Shown piece after piece: positions 39,501 to 51,699 of a DNA stretch of 64,000 nt. Source of the DNA: Takakia lepidozioides (Eukaryota > Plantae > Bryophyta); assembly GCA_030704615.1 (NCBI GenBank), contig CM060731.1, positions 65,844,001 through 65,908,000 of the forward strand, written 5' to 3'. Position 1 is the stretch's first letter; each line of letters opens with the position of its first letter. Position numbers and translations under genes: made by a program. A model generated the notes under the pieces. It did no database searches. It was not told the origin of the DNA and worked only from the letters and a program-made list of their open reading frames with translations.

Positions 39501-40510
39501 AGTCCCGGTGAACCAGAGATGAACCAGTGTTGACGTCAATCACAGTTGTGGATAAGAGATGGCCTTGCTTGACTGTCCCATTTGGGCTGTAGGCTAAACA
39601 CAGCCAGGAGGCATAGTCTCCACAAAATATTGACCCTGTGCAGCCGACTGTGGGAAATGGCTGGGATGGTGTTCACACCACCTTGTGACATTGCGTAACA
39701 GCAAACTGAGTGTTGATCTAAGGACTGGCATTGATATCATGCTAGAATTGCGAGCACTGCTACTGAACCCCAGAGTTGGTGAACAGAGGGAAAAAAAAAG
39801 CACAAGAGAGAAGGGAGAAAGGAACCTTGAGTGGGTTTGTGGAAGAGGATTTGGGGCTGCTTTTTCTGTATCCATCTCACCAGCCATAAGGGGTGACAAG
39901 CTATGCTGCCAACCCACAGAATCACAATTGCTAAAGAATTAGTACAGAGGCCCCAAAGAATATATCCCATGCAAGCTCTTTCACTCCAGCTTGAAGCAAG
40001 AACTAAGTTGCAAAAGAGAACAGCAAAACCATACAAGCTCTCAGATTGCCAGTCATTATTAATGCCAGGCTTCACACAGAACTCTGCTTCCAAAGGTACC
40101 TTGGCTGACTTCTACAAATGAATGTGTTGACCAATCAACAAGAACACAAAATGCAATGCCGATATTTTGCTCAATTAGGTTCATCTCTACCAGCTTTCCC
40201 CATGTAATTGCTGGGAATTACGTATGGCCTTATCTAATAATTTCTGCTCAGTGCTCATTTGTGCGCCAGTCTACAATCCTTTGTATGTATATTTGCAAGC
40301 AAATCCCAAATTGGTCGTTGAAGCTTTCTTTCGCTAGTGTCTTCCAATTGAAGGTACAAAACAGACATTCAACACCCTGCATCCACATCAAGAAGAGTGA
40401 AACTGGGAAGGATGTCAGCCTTACGAGAGCCCCAACGCAACACTAATTAAGAGGAGGAGGGCGGCGCCTGTGACTACCACAGCGACAATTCCATCTGCCC
40501 ACAACTCCAT
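36541..40510 (-). CDS. Membrane-anchored NodB/CE4 polysaccharide (chitin/peptidoglycan-type) deacetylase, ~9 exons
   Basis: Spliced: MELWADGIVAVVVTGAALLLLISVALGLS-IACHPLWLVRWIQKKQPQILFHKPTQ-EKVVALTLDDGPHANITPQ-LLKVLKENGCRATWFIIG...-HEVGNHTMRD...-KWFRP-GHGFYN...IALGSLFPLD...-HPGAVIILHDR...-VLRMLLPEL...GYMVVTLSEL...*. The CE4 motifs are present. Confidence 0.9.
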
Positions 40511-41174
40511 AGCTGAATGCCCCGATGCACGAGCCCTCGAAGTAAATCGAGGAGGCCTTCCCAAAGTCACCGTTTTCGCACACCTTCTTATATCCACACG
40601 CTGGTTCTGGCAAGTGCAAACCCGCAGCACTTTCCATACAGGAGTTGTGGAGACGGGCAGTCCCACAGCTGCCATGGACTGCGTCACTTTGGCGACATCT
40701 TCCTCACCATCGCTAATTCGACATGCAGCCCGAGTTCCCTGCCATGTGTGAGACTGAGGCAGAGACACCAGCATGTCTTGTTCCTGCCTCGCAGATAAAC
40801 ATGCCGGATCTCTGGCAACCCAGAATCAAGAAAGCCATCAAATCTGATAGTTCCACTGTGTACTCTCACACGCACGCTATCATCTCCTTGTAAAGGCCCA
40901 TTCTCTCCTCGTCTAGCATTCTCCTTATTCATCCAGACGGCATACTCATTCATCCATATTTTGTTAGCTTAGTGTACCGTTAAAAACGGTTGCACTCATA
41001 GTTAGTTTAGGGGGTTAGTTAGCTAGATGGCAGGATCCTGACCGTCCCTCTCATCTATGGCTTAGAAGAAGGCGCTGCGTGGCTGGCCTCTAGCACCTCG
41101 CCCCGGGCAGCCAGCAGGCTGCTAGGGTTTTAGTATAAGACGGCGGCCTGACATGAGGTTAAGCAACTTGTGTA

Positions 41175-41210
41175 ACCTGAACCCTAAACCCTAAACCCTA
41201 AACCCTAAAC
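41175..41210. repeat. Interstitial telomeric repeat (CCCTAAA)4 plus one variant unit
   Basis: ACCTGAA CCCTAAA CCCTAAA CCCTAAA CCCTAAA C. Confidence 0.9.
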
Positions 41211-42247
41211 TCCAACTTCACTTGGCCTGACTTCTATAAGTTTCAGCTTGATCTTAAACTATTATATCAATGGCATGTTTCTAGCACTAGTGGAAAAACA
41301 GGATGCCCATAGTTGTGCCTAGAAACTCCACTTTAATTCGTGCTCTTGTTAATGTCACCATTCCTGCCATGACCCAAGCCGTGGTTAAATCAGACGCGTT
41401 TATGTCCTGAATGAAGCTCATTTTCTTGAGGTAGAAGGCTGGCGGAGGTTCACTGCTCTCAAGCATTATTTAATTGCCACTGGCGTGATTAATAGGGGAT
41501 ATAAACATGAAGTGAAGTTGTTAATTGCTAATCCTGAACGTTTTCCTGTGATCATTAAGAAGGGCCAAGTTCTAGCCTGCATTACGGCCTTACCAATTGC
41601 AGAACTTCAAGGGGTCCAGGCTGGTTTTGGTCTAGAGGCCTTGGGGATTAAACATGGTCCCATAGATGTTGTTGTTGCTTTTGCTGCAATAATCCCGCCC
41701 CCTCTCCCTGATCTCAGCCCTGAAGGTAAGACTGCCCTCACTACAATTCTTTCTGAAATTAAGCTAGGTACTTCTCTTTCCTCTAGCCAAAAAAGGAAAG
41801 TTGAAATGCTTGTGGCTAAAAATCTTGACATCTTCAGCTTGGGCCTTACTGATTTAGGCAGAACTTCCATTCTCAAGCATGATGTTATTACTGAAGGACC
41901 TCCTGTCAAACAATTTGCCTATCGTGAGAGTATCAAGGAGCATGCTATAGTTCAGGAAGAGGTGCAGAAAATGTTGGATGCTGGTGTTATCAAGCCATCA
42001 GTTTCTTTCACCTTGGACTAGTCCCATTGTCCTGATTGGTAAGAAAGATAGTTTCACCCGCTTTTGTGTTGACTTCATGAAGTTGAATGAGGTCATCAAA
42101 AAGGACTCATATCCCTTGCCTAGAATCAATGAAACCTTGAATCAGCATGGTGCTACCATTTTCTCATCTCTAGATATTGTATCTGGTTTCTGGCAAGTTC
42201 CTCTATCCGATGCAGCCAAGGAAAAAACCTCATTTGTCTGCAGAATG

Positions 42248-42966
42248 GGGTGAATGCAGGGTTGATTGCACCAAAATGATCGTTACCGACACAATTTTAG
42301 ATAACTGCAGTTGATGGTGTCATCAATTGAATTTGAATTAACTCATTAAAAGCAGCAAATATATATTTCATTGGATTCCTAGCTTCAATACGCACCCATA
42401 GCAACTCTCGATAAGAAATGACTCTGCTATGGACTTTTGAACACCGTCATTGTGGACTGTTACCGCAGTGAATGGAATTACAGTAGACTCAAGTTCTCAT
42501 ATGTGCCATTGGTGAATTCCATTGAAATTTGGACTTAAGGTGGCTATTTTGGTCCACATTATAGGTATGGATTTGAAGTGGCAAATCATTTGTCATTTGA
42601 CTCATATGGGCTAATATATGTCAAACAAATAGGCGTTTTTTTGAAAAGTCCATAGCTCATATTGTTTTTTGGATTTTGGGTGTCATTTTCTTTTTTAGCA
42701 GTATAAAAACCTATAATCTTCAATGGCTAGGTGGTATATTGAATAATTTTTAGTTTTTCATAATTTTTCTAAATAATAGACTAAAATAATTAATAAATTA
42801 TATCTTTAATATTTGGGGTAAAACTCTTTACTAAATGTGTTCAATATACCATTATCTATCACTAAAAGAATATTTTGGATAATATCATCAACTTTTTGTT
42901 TTTTGGTCATAGACTTTCATGGAGCAGGATCTGCCGTTTTTGGTCCACTCAACCCTGCAACTGCCC
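42248..42966. mobile_element. Non-autonomous TIR element (719 bp) inserted in RT
   Basis: ~29-bp imperfect TIR GGGnnnnTGCAGGGTTGAnTGnACCAAAA. AATG duplicated on both sides. RT reads ...FVCRMG|KYLYETMPFG on removal. Confidence 0.85.
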
Positions 42967-45900
42967 AATGGGCAAATACCTGTATGAGACCATGCCCTTT
43001 GGACTTTGCAATGCCACGTCCACTTTCCAGCGCCTCATGGACATTGTTTTGGGAAATCTGCGATGGGAATGTGCCCTGATTTGTATAGATGATATCAATG
43101 TTTACTCAGTCAGCTTTAATGCCTATCTCATTGACTTGCAACGTATATTCAGCAAGTTACGCACTGCAGGCTTGAAAGTTAAACCCAAGAAGTGTGAGCT
43201 GTTCATGCCTGAATTGCACTTTCTTGGCCATGACCTGTCCAAAGATGGTTTATTTCTTTCTACTAAACTTGAGGCTGTATGGGGCTTCCCAATTCCTAGG
43301 GATAAATATTGTATCAAATCATTTCTAGGCCTAGCTTCTTATTATAGGCGATTCAGTAAGGACTTTACCAAGCTTGCTCATCCTCTAACCAAAATGTTGC
43401 TGAAGGATGTCAGGTTTGAATGGACATTTTCTCAACAGGCTGCCTTTAATAAGCTTCGCAAGGCTTTGTGTTCTACACACATCCTCATGTTTCCTAACTT
43501 TGAATTACCTTTCAAGCTGCAAACTGATGCTTCCGATGTTGCCATTTCTGCCATCTTGTGTTAAGTTGTAGAGGACAAGGAACATGTTATAGCCTATCTC
43601 TCTCGCCGCCTAGATCGTCATGAGAAGAATTATTCCATCTCTGATAAGGAGGGGCCTGGCTTTGGTTTTTGGAGTTAAACATTTCAGGCAATACTTGCAT
43701 GGCAGCCAATTTGTGGTTGAGACTAATCATCTTCCACTTAAAGCTTTTATTAAGTCTCGGGAGCTTCATGGTAGACTTGCTAGGTGGGCCACGTATTTGC
43801 AGGAGTTCAACATGGGCATTGTTTACAAGATGGGCAAGGAAAACACCAATGCTGATGCATTAACACGTGTTGATCTTCCTATTAGCAGGCCATTACTCAC
43901 CTTGGATGACCTTGCTGCTGATGCAGATCGCCCCCCAGATCGCCCTCGTGTTCTCAATCTCCTTTGTGCAGATCAGCAGCCTTTGGATTTTGATTCATGT
44001 GGCAGCCTTGCTGCATAGGGCTGGTCTAGCCTTCTTGATGATCCTGGTTGAATTATTCATGTGTTAGTATGTGTGGTGGATTTATCGCTTAGAGAGAATT
44101 TGGATGGTTTGGTGGAAGTTCCTTGTTGTGTATCAGTTTCTCTCTTTCATAGGCCCCTAAGTTTGTTGTAATTCAGCTGTTGCACTCTGGTGTGACTATT
44201 GGCTTGAAATTCAAGGCTTGATTTGGCTGTCCATGAGTAGTAACAAATGAGGTGAAGGCAACCTGGCTAGAGATCATAGTTGCAGGCACTCCAGACCACA
44301 TTCTCTAAAGCCCATTGTCTACCTCTTATGTGCAGTACAGTCATGGATGATCAGCTACATGTTACGCTACTCCAGCAATGCCAATCTGGGCGTTTGCCAG
44401 CCGGCCTTTCCGAGTCCTTACGTAAACAAATTCTTTATCATGTGTCTTCTCACCACTACATGGGTGACAAGTTGTTCAAGGAAATCACTCGAGGGGGTGT
44501 GTCGTGCTATTTGGAGGTGCTACCACGGAGCCAGCTGAATGCTTTATTGGAGTGTTTCCATTGTTCCTTGTATGTCGGTCACCTTGGTATCAAGAAGACC
44601 GTGGCCCGCATCCAAGAGGTTTATTATTGGCTGGGAATTCACCGGATGTTACAGAATTCATCTCTAAGTGTGAAGGTTGTCGTGCTAACATTGCTCTCCC
44701 TAGGGCCCGGATATTGTATGAGCTGCAGCCCTTGTCTGTTACACATGCTTTTGCTCGTGTTGGCATTGATTTGATAGGACCCCTCGCACGCACATCAAAG
44801 GGTCGAAGCTACCTTTGTATTGCTACCGACTACTTGACTGAGTGGGTAGAAGTTTGACCTTTGCGTACTAAGACTAATGATGTTGTAGCTCAGTTCTTCT
44901 TCAATAATATCCTTATGCGGCATGGGTGTCCTCGGAAGATACTAATGGATCAGGGCAAGGAGTTTTGCAATCAGCTCCTCACGGTGGTCTGTTTCAACTT
45001 TGGTTTCAAGCATTCCACCACAGCCCCATACCATCCCCAGACCAATGGCCTTACGAAACGATTCAACCAAACTATTTGCCGAATGTTGGAGAAGAATGAC
45101 GCACTTACTAGGGAATGGGATACCTTTCTTCCCCCTATTCTCTTTGCTTATCACACCGCCGTGTATGCTAGCACTAAGAAGACTCATTTTGAGTTATTGT
45201 ATGGTCGCAAGTGTGTTTCTCCTTTTCATTCTACTCCTCTTATCTCTATTGTTGCTGATCTTGAGTTAGTTGATCTTGAGACCTTTGTTGAGGCTCTTCA
45301 TGCTCGGCATGCGGTGTCTATCCGCGATGCCAAGGTAAATATTGTTAAGGGCCAACTAACCCAAGCCTGCAATTTTAACAAACGTGTCAAGTATTCTAAC
45401 CTGTTTCAGGTGGGTCAGACCGTGTGCATTCGGTTGCAGCATGGTAAGCATGCATGCAAATCCAAACTCAAGATCGACGGTCCATACTTGATCTATGAGC
45501 TTTTACGTGTGCGACGTGCTCTCCTTCTTCCCCAAGGGCCCAATGTTCGAGAGCATGATGAGCCCGTCTCTATTACTGATCTGGTGCATTCAGAATTGGT
45601 GTTTGATCTTACATGCATCAATGTGGAGGGACGCACAGTGGGATGATATTTTGATCTTCATGGCCGATCTCCTTCAGCTTGCTTTCCTTGTTCTTCATCG
45701 GCTTCGTAGTAGCTTTGCGGATTTGTGCATTTGCGGCAGTATAAGCTTGCAGATTTAACATTTTAGGACTTAAAACATTTTTTTGATCCATCACCACATG
45801 TCTCCCTGCACGGTTTTCCTAGCCAAGGGTTTTGTCCTCGGCCCAATTTGCAGGTGCCAGGTTTTCCCTTGGTAGGTTTTTCACCCAGCAGTGGAGGGTG

Positions 45901-47979
45901 ATTGTATAAAAAAAAATTCTTGTATTTTACTTCGCGGAGCTAGCTTAGGATTTTCCATGGGGGATAGGCTTTACAGATGTAAAGGCCCATTCTCTCCTCG
46001 TCTAGCATTCTCCTTATTCATCCAGACGGCATACTCATTCATCCGTATTTTGTTAGCTTAGTGTACCGTTAAAAACGGTTGCACTCATAGTTAGTTTAGG
46101 GGTTAGTTAGCTAGATGGCAGGATCCTGACCGTCCCTCTCATCTATGGCTTAGAAGAAGGCGTTGCGTGGCTGGCCTCTAGCACCTCGCCCCGCGGCAGC
46201 CAGCAGGCTGCTAGGGTTTTAGTATAAGACGACGGCCTGACATGAGGTTAAACAGCTTGTGTACTTTGGTGTTCGTATATGTGTGAAGGTGTGAGAGATC
46301 TTGACGTGTCAGGCATATCATCTGTTGTTGTCAGGAGATCCTCATCTCGCGTGCTTGCATGCATTTCCTTGCTATGCCCTTGTCAAAGTGATTGAGACCC
46401 TGTGAGGATAGGCAATTATTCTTCACGCTCGTTTTAAGGCTTTACATCCTCAACGTCTCCTCAACGTCCAGCCACGGGAATTGATAGTAAACAAATGATA
46501 TGTGTTCTTGAAGCTCTCCTTCACATAATTAAACAAGAAGTACCATTCTCTATGTTCCAGTTGAACAACATGGAAGGTAATATCTCTCTATCTCTCTAGT
46601 GGAAAGCAAGACAGTGACTGAAATGACACATTGTCTTACCTCAGCTTATTTTCTTTGAATTGAGATTGTCTTTCCACAACACCCTTGAAAGAAACTTGAA
46701 TCAAAGTGTGCAAGTATTGCTATCCCTTTGTAATAGGGCCCAGGGGCAGTAGCCAAAGTGGCTCTTAATTACGTCGGTTTTGGCCGGATTCTTCTCTCTC
46801 TAGGTGATCTTGGGTTCAATCCTTCAACATGTGCCTTCAATCCATTGGGCCCTCAATGGCCTGTGTGTTGAGCAGTAGGCTCTGTAAATTCATTGGACGT
46901 TAAAGAAACTTTATCTTTATTTTTATCTCTTATCTCCTTGTACGAATTAATCTATCCAAAGCCCAAGAGAGATTCACTACAACTACAGAGTAAATCACAA
47001 ACATGCTCAATGAGGTAGATCACAATACGAATTGCTCTATACCTATACCACATTGAGAAAGATTTGGATAAGAAAATCAAGATTCTTAAGAACACGAGCT
47101 ACTCTAAAATTTGATAGATCAAATACACCTCACATTCTGTTTTTCCTATAGAATATATTGGTTGTAACGACTACAGAACTAAGCTCATAGAGCTCTAATA
47201 CTCTTTTATGGAGAACTTGTGCAATCGTTTGTTCAATATGCTTAGCTTGTAGAACACCGTCTTCCAATGAGTTGAACTGACATGCTACTAGCTGAAATCT
47301 ATGTCAACAAATTATTTGTTGATGTAGATATGTCGATGCGCACTATGGAGGCCTCAGATTTTGTGCACATTTGCACCTGCATTCATAAAAAAGTTTCATC
47401 ATTTGGACTGAAAAAAACCATTGAAACTTAAAATTGAAGACAATGTGTCTACAACCAGTGTACATCCTGTAAGAAGTAAACTATCATTTCCAGTTACTTG
47501 TATGAGGTAGAGTGCCAGGCCCCTAGTGTTCCACGTCGATGGGCCAGCTTGCTAGTTCAAAACCAAGAGCTCAGCATAATCTCTAATCATGTAATCACCT
47601 TCCCGCCCAACGGGCAGGAAGTACAAATGGGGGAACAATACTCTCATCTCATTATCTGAGCTAGTACTTGGTCGCCTGAGAGTAGAGCAAGAAGTACCTC
47701 TGTAGCCTTACAGGGAATGTTAGCCTGTCCTAGCCTTAGGACTGTAAGGATGTCATTCCTAATTTTCATTGATGCAAAGAAGCCTTGTGCATATGAGCTG
47801 TGTGTATTATGGATGCGTGTACCAAGTGAGTCAGAGCTTGGTTGTTGTTACAGTGTATTGAAGCTACCTCCAATACATTCCACCTATTTAGCAACTCATA
47901 GTACCATCATCAAGTGTTTTTTTGAAAAAACGATTAAAAACTACCAAATTACAGAAATTAGCAAATGCTCATCTTTGTC

Positions 47980-48700
47980 AGAGACAGATGCTAAAGGTTC
48001 TGCATATATGAAGGTTCAAGCGGCTCACAAGTACGATCTCGATAGCGGGGACTCAATCAAATACCATCCCCTATACTAACTAACACCGCTACCACAAACC
48101 TCATCAAATACTATCACGTGATTGAAGTGTATCTTCGAGTTGAAAAAAAACAAGGAATTGGTTGATAGGAGTGCACAGTTACAGACTTTTATCTCACTTG
48201 TGTTAGCTAACGTTGTTTCCAAACATTTTAGACATGTTGCTATACTTACGGACCTTGCTGATACATGGATCTTGCATTGGATGGATCACTTAACTGTCTA
48301 CTTCCACCTGTTTAATTCAAGGGCTATGGCTGTAGGACATCTGGAGGATTTTTTACGACGTGAGGATGGAATAGATGATATAATGGATGATAGTCCTGGT
48401 ATTCCTACATCAAGGCCTTCAGGGGAAACGAGTTTAGGGGTGACGAAAAGTGGTATGTCGAAGCGTTAGAAGTTATCAAGGCCTTCAGGGGAGACAAGTT
48501 CAGGGTGACGAGAAGATATTTCGAAGCGTCGGAAATTATCGCTTACTGAGATAGAAAAGCTGGAGGAATTAGCGGGTTTCTTGCTTGATGATGAACTTCA
48601 CCGCGATCATGTCGAGATTGCGATGAAGCACTTACTTCAAATATCGGTTGTCTGCTCTATGTGGTCCGATGTACATGGATCATTGTCGGTTGGGATGTAC
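47980..48700 (+). pseudogene. Crinkler (CRN)-like nuclease-fold effector relic
   Basis: CIFELKK...AQLQTFISLVLAN..S.....VAILTDLADTWILHW resembles the ELKK...Q...LTDL...W.F.W pattern of CRN C-terminal domains. Stops and an internal ~67-bp duplication (48409/48476). Confidence 0.55.
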
Positions 48701-49736
48701 ACTTAAACGCTTCTTGAAAGGAGTTGATGCAAATATGATTCATTTGATCTAAGCATTGGGAAGAAAAAGAATTGTTTGAATAGTTATTGTATTTAATAAA
48801 AGATGTTGCAAACTTTTCAAATTGAATTGATCCACAATAAGTTAATGACCATCAAGGAATGTTGTCCCATCCAAATGCCCCTCCACGTAGAGTCTGTTGA
48901 GCAACGTCTGGAAAAGGAGCTTGAGATAAGGATGACAACATGGGAGGTCAACTACAAGCCGCGTATGGGGCGGAAGCCAAGAGACCCGAAGCGTCATCTA
49001 TCCAAAGCCATTGGAATATATTTAGAGGTAAGTTAATTGTTTTACCACTTCCAGGCATTGAAGCATTTATGCAAGCAATAAACAGACATATTTCATACTA
49101 ATTACACATACCGGACTTACAGGAGTTGCTCTCTTTGGAGGAGTTGGATAGATACTTGGACAAGGTGGGGGACCCCGCCTGTTGCAGCAAGCTGCTGGCT
49201 CCTGTCTGGGAGGAAGAGGGAGGACAGACATCTCGAAATCTGGTAACGGTAAATTTCCCTCTTTAGGCTCAGCTTCAAGATTTTGCAAGAAGCCTAGATT
49301 AGCAATAGTCATTTATGGGCTTAAGCTGGGTTTCCATTGTAAGTGAGCATGGAATAGAATCTTACCCAACCCCAAGTCCGAAATGACGAGCTTATTGACC
49401 TTCTTCGGGAGAGTACGGGAGTGCAGATTCATCTCCAGGGCGAAGTTGCCACACTGAAAAAGCAGCTTCGCGTCCTCTCATCTCATACTGGGGTCAATGG
49501 GGAAATGCAAGGCCAAACGAACTATCTTGAACCACCTTTGCACACCATCGGGTAGGTCACTTTACCCCCTCCTCCATGTATATTCTTGTCCCTATTCCTG
49601 ATATTAGTACCTCTAACCACTTCCTGATTTGGACTTCTGGCTTTGCATGGATGACTTTTCTAGTAAACTGCATATGTTATTCGATATGAAGAGCTTGGAT
49701 TACATTGATGCTTGTCTGTTTTGCATTCGAGATCCA

Positions 49737-51500
49737 CTACCCACATGTGGTCAACAGTGTTTTTGCAAAATTTGGAAGCTCGATACAAAATGACTTAGGA
49801 CAGTCGACCCTCCTGCGGCCAGTCTGTCCACAGATGTAGCATTCAGTTGCTGAAGTATCCTCTGTAATCTTGTCTGCGAAGAAATTTCCTTCCTCATCAA
49901 TTGGCAATCTAATAAATTCTGGGAGGCTGTCTTCCACCGGCATTGCCACCACAATTTTGGGAAAGCCAGAATCATTTATTTTGGAAACGATTGTGGCGTG
50001 TTTCCAAGCCGGGTTTTCCTTGAGTTTCTTTGTGCACATTTCTGGGTCAAAGACCGAAATACAACCTAAGTAAACCCCAAAGTGATTGCCAATGTCAGGG
50101 AGAAAGAACAAGTACTGATCTGGGATATATGGAATCGCAATAATTCTAGGGTTCGACCCATACTTTGCCATTTCTGTTCCCCAAAGCAGGCGACCAAGGG
50201 AAAATATTCACATTGAAGCCTTGAAGGTGATGATTGAAGGAAAACGCCTTCTCAGCAGCCTCTTGTGAATGAAGCACTATAGAGAAGAAACCTTTCCCTC
50301 TGGACTGACAGAAGTGCTGTGTGAGATCCCGTGAGCCCCCAAGGTGCGCAATCGCCCTGTCCCTGACTTCGGCCCTAGGTACTTTTCTACCTGGGAAATG
50401 CAAGAGCACCCCGTGCCCTTGAATATCTGACATCATTCCCCTGAGGTGAGACACATCTAGCTTTGACTGTAGTTGTGTTCTTACTCATTGTGAGTTGTAT
50501 CTTGGAGATGTCATCAATATTATCCAACCGAGGGCTTCCCTGCGTCTCCGTAAGAGAATTGTCCGAGGGCTGGGCATCGTCGTTGCTCAAGGAGTGTAGA
50601 GCTTGTTGAACAGCTGCTACTTGGAGAAAGCGAAAAGCTGAGGGCTGGGTGCTCGTGAGCGATTGGTGGGCCAGGAAGAACCCCGTGCCAAACGATGGTT
50701 GGGGACGGACAACCGCTGGGATCCTGGAGAGAGGATGGTGGGTTCTGTTGGAGGAGTTGCCCCGTTGGGGCTTGAAGCCGGAGGGACCCATGAGGTAGGA
50801 TGGAAGACTTGAACACTGAAGATAGAGAGCAGATGAGAGAGAAAGGGGCTGAGAGAGAGTGATTCGCTTAGCCAGCTGACGCGTAGGATAAGTAAGCTGG
50901 AAAGGACGCAAGAGTGGGGTAGATCAACAAGTGGAGGGGAGAATTGAAGGAGGACCAGATGATATTGTAAGCAGCTAGAAGGTTGTAGCAAGAGGAGCTG
51001 GGAAAAGAGAGCAAGCGAGGCACGATAGCAAGAGAGGAAAAGAACTCAGCTGTCGAAGAGTTCAGGTGCGTGGAAGCAGCTGGTGGAATGAATGGAGACG
51101 CCCTGGGGTACAGAACTTGGCGGCTAGAATTAATGAGATGCAGAATCATGAAACCATGAGATTATGATCGCAGAAGTGGTCGGGGAGGGATGAAAGGATG
51201 CCTTCGTCGTGCATGGGCAGTTGATTAGTACGAGATGCTGGAAGCCAGACAAGGAGAAACTAGATTTCGTTGTCCCCAGGTAAAGGTGATGATGAAGGTT
51301 ACAGGTGTTGGCGGAGGTTACGAGGTTACGAGGTTGGGAGTGTAAGGTTTGGGTGGCAGCAATGAGAGGTTCGGTTAAGAAAGGATTCTGCGAAAAAAAG
51401 GGATTGGTTGTTCGATTTGAGCGCCAGAGGGCTTGTTAGGGTCCCTGATCGACATGAAGAGCGATTTATGGAGCAATTGCTGCGAAGCGGCAGTCGCTCG
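49737..51500 (-). mobile_element. LINE (L1/Tx1-like) 5' part: frameshifted ORF1, ORF2 not seen
   Basis: GVLLHFPG...RGKGFFSIVL...VNIFPWSP (DUF4283-like), PKIVVAM..LPEFIRL, and CYICGQTG...DCP zinc knuckle. Confidence 0.75.
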
Positions 51501-51699
51501 ACAGCTTCAGAGCTTTAGAGCATGTAGCTATGGAGGTGGAAGGGGAGCTAACCGTTGAACGTCTCTCTCTCACCTCCTCTCTCACTGCGAAACGCGGAGC
51601 TACATCGCTCTTTCTCTGTCACAAAATTATCCAAAGTGACATGTTAGAATCCACGTGGAGTGCGTACCTTAGAGATCAACATTTTAATTTTAATTTAAT

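Larger units (their letters stand above)
40889..46446 (+). mobile_element. Ty3/gypsy LTR retrotransposon (family B, copy 2) lacking U5, PBS and gag
   Basis: 3' LTR 45978-46446 (TGTAAAG...CTTTACA). Truncated 5' LTR 40889-41174 differs by ~5 substitutions and 1 indel. 4-bp TSD TCCT (40885-40888, 46447-46450). PR tail, RT (MPFGLCNA, CIDDI), RNase H (LQTDAS), integrase (DQGKEF, HPQTNG, DGPY). Confidence 0.93.

Noticed and set aside
40889-41174. Idea that family-B elements natively have split or asymmetric LTRs
   Set aside because: The two copies break at different points and coding sequence is lost too, so post-insertion deletions explain it.
46742-46930. tRNA-like A and B boxes (TAGCCAAAGTGG, GGTTCAATCC)
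   Set aside because: No cloverleaf; at most a decayed SINE, too weak to call.
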